A stretch of 13,292 nucleotides of DNA, from positions 1 to 13,292 of the forward strand of contig JAWOBU010000281.1 of NCBI GenBank assembly GCA_046484135.1, in the 5' to 3' direction. Position 1 is the first letter of the stretch; each line of letters begins with the position of its first letter. Positions 1 to 7,901 of the stretch are shown here, in pieces. Position numbers and translations under genes: made by a program. The notes below the pieces were generated by a model. The model did no database searches and was not told the origin of the DNA. It saw only the letters and a list, made by a program, of their open reading frames with translations. Source of the DNA: a bacterium (GTDB lineage Bacteria; RBG-13-61-14; DATKZS01).

Positions 1-195
1 CTGGTGGACGCGGGGGCGGCGCTTATGTTCCGGGAAGGGGAGACGGACGCCCACTCCATTGCCGAAGCCGTCTCGTCCCTGCTTGAGAACGAGGACAAGA
101 GAAGGGACATGGCTGAAAGGGCGCAGGAGGCGGCCCGCCCGGAGGCGGCCGCGGAGATAGTGGAGCATTGCCTGGCGATCATGGAAAGTTCGTAA
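1..195 (+). CDS. murG: MurG, lipid I GlcNAc transferase, C-terminal fragment (5' truncated by window)
   Basis: Frame open from base 1 (LVDAGAALMF...LLENEDKRRDMAERA...RPEAAAEIV) matches the MurG C-terminal pattern (GAA...M...a...AA..i); directly upstream of murC as in canonical dcw order. Confidence 0.88.
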   Translation: MVDAGAALMFREGETDAHSIAEAVSSLLENEDKRRDMAERAQEAARPEAAAEIVEHCLAIMESS

Positions 196-211
196 AAGGC
201 TTTTAGGGACA

Positions 212-1618
212 ATGAAACACAGGATTAAAAAAGTCCACTTCGTGGGGATCGGCGGAATCGGTATGAGCGGTATCGCCGAGGTCCTTTTAAACCTGGGCTT
301 CGAGGTCAGCGGCTCGGACCTGCGGGAGTCGTCCACAGTCGAGCGGCTCCGGGGCCTGGGCGGAGAGGTTACCACGAGGCACGCGCCCGAGAACGTGGGA
401 GAGGCTGACGTTGTCGTCATAAGCTCCGCGGTCAAGGCGGACAACCCGGAAGTGGTTGCCGCCCGCTACCACGGCATTCCGGTGATTCCCCGCGCCGAGA
501 TGCTGGCCGAGCTCATGCGCATGAAACGGGGGATCGCGGTGGCCGGTTCCCACGGCAAGACCACCATAACCTCCATGATCGCCTTGGTGCTGGCCAGGGC
601 CGGCCTGGACCCTACCGCGGTCATCGGAGGAAAGCTCGAGCTGTTCGACTCGAACGCCAAGCTGGGCCAGAGCGAATGGATGGCCGCGGAAGCCGACGAA
701 TCGGACGGAAGCTTCCTCTACTTAAACCCCACTATAGCGGTGGTGAGCAATATTGACCGTGAGCACATGGAGCATTATCAGACCATGCAGAACCTGCAAG
801 ACACCTTCGTGGAGTTCATGAACCGCGTGCCCTTTTACGGCCTGATTGTTGCCGGAGCGGACGATCCCGCGGTGAGGGCGCTGATCCCCCGCGTTAAGCG
901 GAGGGTGATAACCTACGGAACCGCGGATGACTGCGACATCCGGGCGGTGGAGGTAAGGTGCGGGACCCTGGGATGCGAGTTCGTGGCGGTTTCCGAAGGG
1001 AGGCGCCTGGGAGACGTGAACCTCGGTCTGCCGGGCGTGCATAACGCGGTGAACGCCCTGGCTGCGCTTGCAGTAGCCTTCGAGCTCGAAGTGGACTTTG
1101 AAACCGTGGCTTCTGCTTTGCACGGTTTCTCCGGGCTGGGAAGGCGTTTCGAGGTCAAAGGCCGTCCGTCCGGCATCACGGTTGTGGACGACTACGGTCA
1201 TCATCCCACCGAGATCAGGTCCACCCTGCAAGCGGCGCGGGAGTACATGGAAGGCATGGGAAGCGGGAAGGACTCGAGGCTGGTGGTGGCGTTTCAGCCT
1301 CACCGCTACAGCCGCACCCGGGATTTGTGGGAGGAGTTCGTCGAGTCTTTTTCCGAGCCGGACCTGCTCTTTTTGACCGAAATCTACTCCGCGGGAGAAA
1401 GCCGGCTGAACGGAGTCACCGGAGACGCCCTGTTCCGGGACGTGCAGAAGAAGCGGAGCGAGATCGGCCTGGAGACCTTCTACCTCGAATCCATGGCGGA
1501 GACGGCGAGCACCATTGCCCAGACCGTAAAGCCGGGAGACCTGGTGCTGACCCTGGGAGCGGGGAACGTACATCAGATCGGTTCCAAGATGCTTCAGATA
1601 CTGGGACGGGACCAATGA
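212..1618 (+). CDS. murC: UDP-N-acetylmuramate--L-alanine ligase
   Basis: 468 aa. HFVGIGGIGMSGIAEVL, P-loop AGSHGKTT, EADESDGSF, DDYGHHPTEI, FQPHRYSRT, LTLGAGN; weak SD (AGGGA) upstream. Confidence 0.98.
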   Translation: MKHRIKKVHFVGIGGIGMSGIAEVLLNLGFEVSGSDLRESSTVERLRGLGGEVTTRHAPENVGEADVVVISSAVKADNPEVVAARYHGIPVIPRAEMLAELMRMKRGIAVAGSHGKTTITSMIALVLARAGLDPTAVIGGKLELFDSNAKLGQSEWMAAEADESDGSFLYLNPTIAVVSNIDREHMEHYQTMQNLQDTFVEFMNRVPFYGLIVAGADDPAVRALIPRVKRRVITYGTADDCDIRAVEVRCGTLGCEFVAVSEGRRLGDVNLGLPGVHNAVNALAALAVAFELEVDFETVASALHGFSGLGRRFEVKGRPSGITVVDDYGHHPTEIRSTLQAAREYMEGMGSGKDSRLVVAFQPHRYSRTRDLWEEFVESFSEPDLLFLTEIYSAGESRLNGVTGDALFRDVQKKRSEIGLETFYLESMAETASTIAQTVKPGDLVLTLGAGNVHQIGSKMLQILGRDQ

Positions 1619-2577
1619 GCATGAAAAAGGAATGGGCCCGGAAATACCTGGAGAAACTCCGGCCCCGCATCCAGGGCAGGGCGGAAGAAAAGATTCCCAT
1701 GAAGCAGTATACCACCTTTCGGATCGGCGGCTTCGTGGACGTTATGGTGTGGCCACGGAGCCTGGCGGACCTGAAAGAGGCGATAGACGCGGCACAACGG
1801 ATGGAGATCGAGTGGGGCATACTGGGAGCGGGCTCGAACCTGCTGGTAAAAGACGGCGGTCTTGACATGGTGCTTCTCAACATGAACGAGGTTTTAAAGG
1901 ACATGGACGCAAGCGATAAAAACGGCTCTTTCGAAGCCGGAGCGGAAACCGGGACCGTACGTCTGGGGGCGGGTCTCAAGCTTCCCCGGGCGGCCAAGGA
2001 ATGCCAAGAGCGGGGTCTTTCCGGTCTCGAGTTTGCCGCGGGGATTCCCGGTTCCGTGGGAGGCGGGGTGATCATGAACGCCGGAAGCATGGGCACCAGC
2101 ATGGCTGACGTGCTGGAGTGGGTCGAGTGGTACACGCCGGAGCGGGGACTGGAAAGGGTGTCCCGCTCGGAGCTGGATTACGGCTACCGCCGGCTGTCGT
2201 GTCCCGACCGGGCCGTAATCACCGCCTGCGGAGTCACCCTCCGGAAGGATGACCCGCGGGCGGTGCGGGAAAGGATCGTGAAGGGCCTCAAATGGAGAAG
2301 ACAGAACCAGCCTTTGAGCTATCCCTCCGCAGGCTCGGTTTTTAAGAACCCGCCCGGCGATTACTCGGGCCGTCTCATAGAGGAGGCCGGCCTGAAGGGG
2401 GCCCGGCAGGGTGACGCCCAGGTATCGGAGCTCCACGCGAACTTCATTATCAACCGGGGCCGGGCCCGTTCCCGGGATGTGACGGTTCTTATAGACCGGG
2501 TGAGGGAAGAGGTGGAGAGGTCGTTCAAAATAAACCTGGAGCTGGAGATCAAGATAATGGGCGAGGAGATATCATGA
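1615..2577 (+). CDS. murB: UDP-N-acetylenolpyruvoylglucosamine reductase
   Basis: Start re-called to ATG 1615 (ATGA overlap with murC stop; ATG 1621 is an alternative), 320 aa. YTTFRIGG, GAGSNLLV, GLEFAAGIPGSVGG..MNAG, YGYR, QPLSYPSAGSVFKNP, HANFIIN, LELEI. Confidence 0.96.
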   Translation: MSMKKEWARKYLEKLRPRIQGRAEEKIPMKQYTTFRIGGFVDVMVWPRSLADLKEAIDAAQRMEIEWGILGAGSNLLVKDGGLDMVLLNMNEVLKDMDASDKNGSFEAGAETGTVRLGAGLKLPRAAKECQERGLSGLEFAAGIPGSVGGGVIMNAGSMGTSMADVLEWVEWYTPERGLERVSRSELDYGYRRLSCPDRAVITACGVTLRKDDPRAVRERIVKGLKWRRQNQPLSYPSAGSVFKNPPGDYSGRLIEEAGLKGARQGDAQVSELHANFIINRGRARSRDVTVLIDRVREEVERSFKINLELEIKIMGEEIS

Positions 2578-3494
2578 CACCGTTTACCGAGAAGATAATA
2601 GGCGTGGTCATGGGAGGAGAAAGCGCGGAACGCGAGATTTCGTTAAAGAGCGGAAGCGAGGTGGCAAAGGCCCTGTCCTCCCGAGGTTACGACGTCCGCG
2701 AGGTCGTGGTTGACGCAGGTGTTACGGACCAGCTCCGCATCGCCGGGATAGACGTGGCTTTCCTGGCCCTGCACGGCGGCTGGGGAGAGGACGGCCGCGT
2801 CCAGGCCCTGTGCGAGATGCTGAAGATCCCGTATACCGGCTCCGGGGTTCTTGCCTCCGCCCTGGCCATGAACAAGGCCCAGGCAAAGTCCATATTCGTC
2901 CAGAACCGGATTCCAACGCCGGCGTACTGCCCGGCGCTTTCCAGGGAGTTCGTTTTCGAGACCATGGGGTTCAAGCCCCCGCTGGTGCTGAAACCGACCA
3001 TGCAGGGCTCCACCGTGGGAGTAAGCATAATCCGGAAGGAAAGGGAGTTCGAGGAGGCCCTCTCCCACGCCAAGGAGTATGACGAGACTCCCATGGTCGA
3101 GGAGTACGTGCCGGGAAAAGAAATGACCGTGGGTGTATTGAGCGGCGAGCCATTGGGGGTGGTGGAGATCGTTCCCCGATCCGGATTTTACGACTACTCG
3201 TCCAAGTACACCGAAGGGGCGTCCGAGTATATAGCGTCGCCCGAGATGCCCGCCGGTCTTGCCGAGACCATGAGGGACCTGGCCGGCAAAGCCTATGAGG
3301 CGCTGGGCTGCCGGGGAGGCGCCCGGGTTGATTTCCGGCTTGACGAAGAGACCGGCGAGCCTTGGGTGCTGGAGTTGAACACTATTCCGGGGATGACGAG
3401 GCTGAGTCTGCTTCCGCGGTCCGCGGAGGTTCTGGGTATCGGCTTCGAGGACCTGTGCGAGAAGATGCTGGAGGATGCGGTAAGCCGAAGATGA
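2574..3494 (+). CDS. ddl: D-alanine--D-alanine ligase (short DdlB type)
   Basis: 306 aa. GGESAEREISLKSG, LHGGWGEDG, PYTGSGVLASALAMNK, GSTVGV, omega loop FYDYSSKY (Tyr typical of D-Ala-D-Ala ligases), ELNTIPGMT; ATGA overlap with murB. Confidence 0.97.
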   Translation: MTPFTEKIIGVVMGGESAEREISLKSGSEVAKALSSRGYDVREVVVDAGVTDQLRIAGIDVAFLALHGGWGEDGRVQALCEMLKIPYTGSGVLASALAMNKAQAKSIFVQNRIPTPAYCPALSREFVFETMGFKPPLVLKPTMQGSTVGVSIIRKEREFEEALSHAKEYDETPMVEEYVPGKEMTVGVLSGEPLGVVEIVPRSGFYDYSSKYTEGASEYIASPEMPAGLAETMRDLAGKAYEALGCRGGARVDFRLDEETGEPWVLELNTIPGMTRLSLLPRSAEVLGIGFEDLCEKMLEDAVSRR

Positions 3495-4468
3495 AAAAGA
3501 ACCGGCCCATAAAGCAAAGCGGAAAAAAGGGACGGGCGAAGTCCCCCGGAAGGGGTGTGTCCCCGTCTGCGGTTTCCGCTGCCAAAAAGGGCAGGGCTTC
3601 GGCAGGGCGTTCCCATGGTAAGCGCCGTTCCGGGAAAAGCCGGGCGCGGCGTCCGTTGTGGGGGCTTTTGTTTAACCGCCGGACGTTCAAGGTGGCGCTG
3701 GTTTTATGCGGCTGCCTGGCCGCGGGCGCGGGAGTGGGCGCGGGGGCCAAGGCGCTCTGGTCCTGGGTTACTCATTCCCCTTACCTCTCCATCGAGGAGC
3801 TGGAGATAAGAACGGGGGACCGGGTTTCGCGGTCCGAGGTCCGGATGCTGGCCGATATTTCGGAAGGGGACAACATCCTGGGTTTCAGCCTGGTGGACTG
3901 CGTCGAGTCTATCCAGATACATCCTTGGGTGAAGAAGGCGTCGGTAATGCGACAGCTTCCGGACCGGCTGGTAATAGAGATCAAGGAGCGGTCGCCCGCG
4001 GCCATGGTCTCGATGGGGACTCTTTACTACGTGGACCGGGACGGCGAAATTTTCAAGAAGGTACTGCCGGGCGATGATCTCGGTTACCCGGTCATCACCG
4101 GCTTACAGCTCCGGGAATTGGTGGAGGACAAAAAAGAGGTTGAGCCTTTGATCAAGATGTCCCTGGAGCTTATCGAGATGTCGCGCGGCTCCGAGGTTTT
4201 TCCTTTTTCACAGGTTTCGGAAATCCACTTAAGCCGGGTGCATGGAGCAACCTTGGTGCGGGCGGGGGACGGAATGCGCATCCGGTTCGGCAGGGAAGAT
4301 TACCAGGACAAGTGGCTGCGCATGGAGCGGACCCTGCAGGAGCTCTCCCGGGAGGCCGCCAAGGTGGCCGAGCTGGACTTGAACTATGAAGACCGGGTAA
4401 CCATCGGATTGAGAGAAGGATACCGGGTGGCCTCGGTGCGGGGGCCGTCCGGAGAAGGAAATGATTAA
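3491..4468 (+). CDS. ftsQ: Cell division protein FtsQ/DivIB
   Basis: Start re-called to ATG 3491 (ATGA overlap with ddl stop), 325 aa. Basic N-terminus, one hydrophobic segment, POTRA-like SPYLSIEELEI...HPWVKKASVMRQLPDRLVIEIKER, YYVDRDG, C-terminal ELDLNY; sits between ddl and ftsA. Confidence 0.93.
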   Translation: MKKNRPIKQSGKKGRAKSPGRGVSPSAVSAAKKGRASAGRSHGKRRSGKSRARRPLWGLLFNRRTFKVALVLCGCLAAGAGVGAGAKALWSWVTHSPYLSIEELEIRTGDRVSRSEVRMLADISEGDNILGFSLVDCVESIQIHPWVKKASVMRQLPDRLVIEIKERSPAAMVSMGTLYYVDRDGEIFKKVLPGDDLGYPVITGLQLRELVEDKKEVEPLIKMSLELIEMSRGSEVFPFSQVSEIHLSRVHGATLVRAGDGMRIRFGREDYQDKWLRMERTLQELSREAAKVAELDLNYEDRVTIGLREGYRVASVRGPSGEGND

Positions 4469-4510
4469 AGTTCAAGCGGATTGTAAAAATGCTGAGAAAG
4501 GGGAAGCGAG

Positions 4511-5737
4511 ATGGGAAAGAAGAACAATTTGATCGTGGGCCTTGATATCGGGACCACCAAGGTAGGCGTCATAGTGGCCGAGTACCTGGATGACGGCCTG
4601 GACATCGTGGGCATCGGGACCGCGCCCTGCTACGGCCTCCGGCGGGGAGTGGTGGTCAACATTGACTCCACGGTGGAGAGCATCCGGAAGGCGGTGGAGG
4701 AGGCCGAGCTCATGGCCGGCTGCGAGATCGGCTCGGTGTTCGCCGGGATCGCCGACCCGCAGGTCAAGGGCTTTAACAGCCACGGCATTGTGGCGATCAA
4801 GGGCCGCGAGGTGGGCGAGGTTGACTTGAAGCGGGTGGTCGAGCAGGCCAAGGCCGTGTCCATACCTTTGGACCGCGAGATCATCCATATCCTGCCCCAG
4901 GAGTTCATAGTGGACGAGCAGGACGGCATCCGGGACCCGCTCGGCATAAGCGGCGTCCGCTTGGAGGCCAACGTTCACATTGTCACCGGCGCGGTGAGCT
5001 CGGCCCAGAACGTGGTGCGCTGCTCGAGCCGCAGCGCGCTCAGCGTGGAGGACATAGTTCTCGAGCAGATGGCGAGTTCCGAGGCGGTGCTCACGCCTGA
5101 CGAAAAGGAGATCGGCGTAGCGCTGGTGGACTTCGGCGGGGGCACTACCGACCTGGCCATCTGGCACCTGGGCTGCGTAAAGCACACCGCGGTCATAGGG
5201 ATCGGGGGCGAGCACGTAAGCCGCGACGTTGCCGCGGGACTGAGGACGCCTTCGGCGGAGGCGGAGCGGATCAAGAAGAAGTACGGGTGCGCTTTCGCCC
5301 GGATGGTGGACAAGAACGAGGTCATAACCGTTCCGCGGGTGGGAGGCCGCAAGTCCATGGAGGTTCCCCGCCAGACCCTGGCCCAGATCATAGAGCCGCG
5401 GGTCGAGGAGATACTGGCCATGGTCAACCGGGAGATCGTGCGGGCCGGTTTCGAGGACAAGTGCGCCGCGGGCGTGGTCCTTACCGGCGGCACCGCTCTT
5501 CTTCCCGGGATCGAGGAGCTGGGCGAGGTTGTCTTCGAGATGCCGGTCCGGGTGGGCCGTCCCATTGGAGTGGGAGGGCTTACCGACGTGGTGAACAGCC
5601 CCATGTTCGCCACCGGCGTGGGACTGGTGATTTACGGCTCCAAGAACCAGGTGCGGCGTCCTTTCCGTATCCGGGAGGGAAACGTGTTCACCCGCGTCTG
5701 GGAGAGAATGCGGGAAGGCGTGGAGGCCTTCTTTTAA
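4511..5737 (+). CDS. ftsA: Cell division protein FtsA
   Basis: 408 aa. GLDIGTTKV, GLRRGVVVNID, EEAELMAG, LVDFGGGTTD, AERIKKKYG, IIEPRVEEI, GVVLTGG, ATGVGL, C-terminal amphipathic helix ending FF. Confidence 0.98.
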   Translation: MGKKNNLIVGLDIGTTKVGVIVAEYLDDGLDIVGIGTAPCYGLRRGVVVNIDSTVESIRKAVEEAELMAGCEIGSVFAGIADPQVKGFNSHGIVAIKGREVGEVDLKRVVEQAKAVSIPLDREIIHILPQEFIVDEQDGIRDPLGISGVRLEANVHIVTGAVSSAQNVVRCSSRSALSVEDIVLEQMASSEAVLTPDEKEIGVALVDFGGGTTDLAIWHLGCVKHTAVIGIGGEHVSRDVAAGLRTPSAEAERIKKKYGCAFARMVDKNEVITVPRVGGRKSMEVPRQTLAQIIEPRVEEILAMVNREIVRAGFEDKCAAGVVLTGGTALLPGIEELGEVVFEMPVRVGRPIGVGGLTDVVNSPMFATGVGLVIYGSKNQVRRPFRIREGNVFTRVWERMREGVEAFF

Positions 5738-5807
5738 AAGCGGTTTATTAAGGTTTTAAGGGAATTACGGATAGCGGGATTTGAAAAAGCTAAGGCGACA
5801 AAGCGGG

Positions 5808-5815
5808 AAAGGAGG
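5808..5815 (+). promoter_or_regulatory. Strong Shine-Dalgarno for ftsZ
   Basis: AAAGGAGG ending 6 nt before ATG 5822. Confidence 0.85.
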
Positions 5816-5821
5816 ATTTCC

Positions 5822-7036
5822 ATGATCGAGTTTTCAGACGACGTGAAAGGACATGCCCGTCTCAAGGTAATAGGAGTCGGCGGCGGGGGCGGTAACGCCC
5901 TTAACACCATGATCTCGGAAGGGCTGGAGTCGGTCGAGTTCATAGCGGCCAACACTGACGCCACGGCCCTGGAGATGAACATGGCGACCGAGAAAATCCA
6001 GTTCGGCCAGGGGCTGGGTGCGGGAGGCAACCCCTCCCTTGCCAGAGAGGCGGCCGAGGAGTCCTGGGACCGGCTGGAAGAGGCCTTGCAGGGCGCGGAC
6101 ATGGTTTTTGTTACCTCGGGCATGGGCGGCGGCACCGGCACGGGCGCCGCTCCGGTCGTGGCCCGGGTGGCGCGGGAGATGGGTGTTCTTACCGTAGGAG
6201 TGGTCACCAAGCCCTTCGAGTTCGAGGGCAGGCGTCGCACGCAGATAGCGCTTTCGGGCATCGAGGAGCTCAAGGAGCACGTGGACAGCCTTATTACCAT
6301 CCCCAACCAGCGTCTTTTGAACGTGGCCGGCAAGAACACGACCGTGCTCGAGGCCTTCAAGAAGGCGGACGAGGTCCTGTTTTCCGCGGTGCGGGGCATC
6401 TCCGAGCTTATCTGCGGTCACGGGCTTATCAACGTTGACTTCACCGACGTAAAGACGGTGATGAGCGAGCGGGGCATGGCGCTTATGGGCTCGGGCGTTT
6501 CGTCGGGCGAAGAGCGCTCGGTGGAGGCCGCCCACATGGCGATCTCCAATCCCCTTCTCGACGACATCCGGATCGAAGGGGCCCGGGGCGTGCTGGTCAA
6601 TATCACGGGCGGCTCGGACGTAACCCTACACGAGGTCAACGATGCGATCACCCTGATCACGGAGGAGGCCCACGAAGAAGCTCTTATCATCTACGGCCAT
6701 TGCGTGGATGAGGGCATGGCAGACAGTCTCCGGATCACCGTCATCGCCACCGGCTTTGAAAGCTTCCAGCAGGACGTGAGAAACCGGTTCCGGATTTCCG
6801 AGCCTTCCGCGGCGTGGAAGCAGCGGAACAAGACCACCAGCCTTTCCGAGCATAAGCGCCAGCGGCAGGAGGAGTCCCTGGCCACCAAGCGGAGGCTGGG
6901 CGCGAAGACGGTCGGCGACAAGTCCGAGAGCGATTACGAGTTCTCCGGCTCGGGTGAGAAAAGGAAAAAAGCGTTTGCGGACGACTCGGAGGACGAGTAC
7001 AACATCCCGGCCTACCTGCGCCGCCAAGTGGACTGA
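5822..7036 (+). CDS. ftsZ: Cell division protein FtsZ
   Basis: 404 aa. [22 protein letters not shown], signature [27 protein letters not shown]7 loop [19 protein letters not shown]-terminal peptide [13 protein letters not shown]. Confidence 0.99.
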   Translation: MIEFSDDVKGHARLKVIGVGGGGGNALNTMISEGLESVEFIAANTDATALEMNMATEKIQFGQGLGAGGNPSLAREAAEESWDRLEEALQGADMVFVTSGMGGGTGTGAAPVVARVAREMGVLTVGVVTKPFEFEGRRRTQIALSGIEELKEHVDSLITIPNQRLLNVAGKNTTVLEAFKKADEVLFSAVRGISELICGHGLINVDFTDVKTVMSERGMALMGSGVSSGEERSVEAAHMAISNPLLDDIRIEGARGVLVNITGGSDVTLHEVNDAITLITEEAHEEALIIYGHCVDEGMADSLRITVIATGFESFQQDVRNRFRISEPSAAWKQRNKTTSLSEHKRQRQEESLATKRRLGAKTVGDKSESDYEFSGSGEKRKKAFADDSEDEYNIPAYLRRQVD

Positions 7037-7043
7037 CCGGATT

Positions 7044-7829
7044 TCAGGAGGGCTTTCGGAAAGCGGCGTATAGTCCGATACCCACGGGCAGACGGAAGAA
7101 GAGCCTGTCCACGGAAAAGGCCGCACTCATGAGGGCGGTCAGCGTTCTGTCTGCGCCTTGGGCCGCCGGGCCGCCGAACTCCGTCTCGTGCCGGCGGAGC
7201 TTTCGTTTTAAAAGGGGCTGAAACAAGAGCCGGTTGTAAAGGTAGATCACGGGCCAGCCCCAGTGGTGGAGATCAATGGTTTCAAGGCCCCGGCTTTCGA
7301 AAAGGCTTTTCAACTCGTCCGGCCGGTAGCGCCGCTTGTGTCCGGCCCACTCGTCTTCCACGCTCCAGAGCTTCGGGTTCGCGGGAACGGTTACCAACAG
7401 GACGCCGCCGGGAGCAAGTACGCGAACGAGCTCAGAAGCGGCCCCCCCGTCGTCAGGAAGGTGCTCGAGGACCTCGCCGGAGACCACCGCCCGGAAGCTC
7501 AGGTCCGGAAAAGGAAGGGCGTTCAGCTCGGCGATAGTGAAAGGACCGGCCTCGCGAGTGATGGTCCCGGTTTGCCGGCCCCGGCTCATCTTAAAAGAAA
7601 GTCTCTCCAGGCAGAGAGGGGAAGAGTCTACTCCCGCGGATTGGTAACCCTCGGCCAGGAGGGCGAGGTAAAGCGTCCCGACCCCGCAGCCCGCGTCCAG
7701 CACTCGCGCCGGCGGGGGCATGGCCTTTTTAAGCCCTTTTAATATCATGCTGATGCGGAAAGCCTGCCTGCCGCCCGCGATCTCGGTTTTTCCCCATTTC
7801 CGCTCGGGTATGCCGTCCCGGTTTTTCAT
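7044..7829 (-). CDS. Class I SAM-dependent methyltransferase (Methyltransf_11/23-like), substrate unknown
   Basis: Start re-called to ATG 7829 (preceded by GGAAAGGAACAGG), 261 aa. Motif I VLDAGCGVG, GVDSS, LPFPDLSFRAVVSGEVLEHLPDD, RVLAPGGVLLVTVPA, LWSVEDEWAGHKRRY. Confidence 0.9.
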   Translation of the reverse strand: MKNRDGIPERKWGKTEIAGGRQAFRISMILKGLKKAMPPPARVLDAGCGVGTLYLALLAEGYQSAGVDSSPLCLERLSFKMSRGRQTGTITREAGPFTIAELNALPFPDLSFRAVVSGEVLEHLPDDGGAASELVRVLAPGGVLLVTVPANPKLWSVEDEWAGHKRRYRPDELKSLFESRGLETIDLHHWGWPVIYLYNRLLFQPLLKRKLRRHETEFGGPAAQGADRTLTALMSAAFSVDRLFFRLPVGIGLYAAFRKPS

Positions 7830-7842
7830 CCTGTTCCTTTCC

Positions 7843-7873
7843 AAAAAAAGAGGCGGCACCAAGTACCGCCTCT
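7843..7873 (-). terminator. Intrinsic terminator after ppdK
   Basis: Minus strand AGAGGCGGTAC-TTG-GTGCCGCCTCT-TTTTTT: 11-bp stem running into a T7 tract, 25 nt after the ppdK stop. One stem position is a G-U pair on the minus strand but a C-A mismatch on the plus strand, supporting this orientation. Confidence 0.85.
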
Positions 7874-7901
7874 ATCATATCAGAATTTCAGGGACCGTCT
7901 A
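7874..7901 (-). promoter_or_regulatory. Candidate sigma70 promoter for the methyltransferase gene
   Basis: Minus strand TAGACG (7901-7896, 4/6 to TTGACA), 16-bp spacer, TATGAT (7879-7874, 5/6 to TATAAT) preceded by TGn (extended -10); A-rich tract upstream of the -35. Confidence 0.5.

Noticed and set aside
1327..1614. N-terminal extension of the 416-aa ORF (murB)
   Set aside because: Overlaps murC by about 290 nt and has no MurB-like sequence; the ATGA-coupled start at 1615 gives a normal length.
3362..3490. Upstream TTG start for ftsQ
   Set aside because: Lies inside ddl; the ATGA overlap at 3491 is more plausible.
2574..3494. Van-type D-Ala-D-Lac ligase
   Set aside because: DYSSKY omega loop and dcw location indicate a housekeeping D-Ala-D-Ala ligase.
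3704..3715. LCGC as a lipobox in FtsQ
   Set aside because: Only a few hydrophobic residues follow the last Lys and the Cys is at position 75; FtsQ is a bitopic membrane protein.
5738..5807. AT-rich ftsA-ftsZ spacer as an internal promoter or sRNA
   Set aside because: No convincing -35/-10 pair or stable hairpin; a promoter is possible but unsupported.
7830..7862. TTG start at 7862 for the methyltransferase
   Set aside because: Falls in the terminator loop with no SD; ATG 7829 has one.
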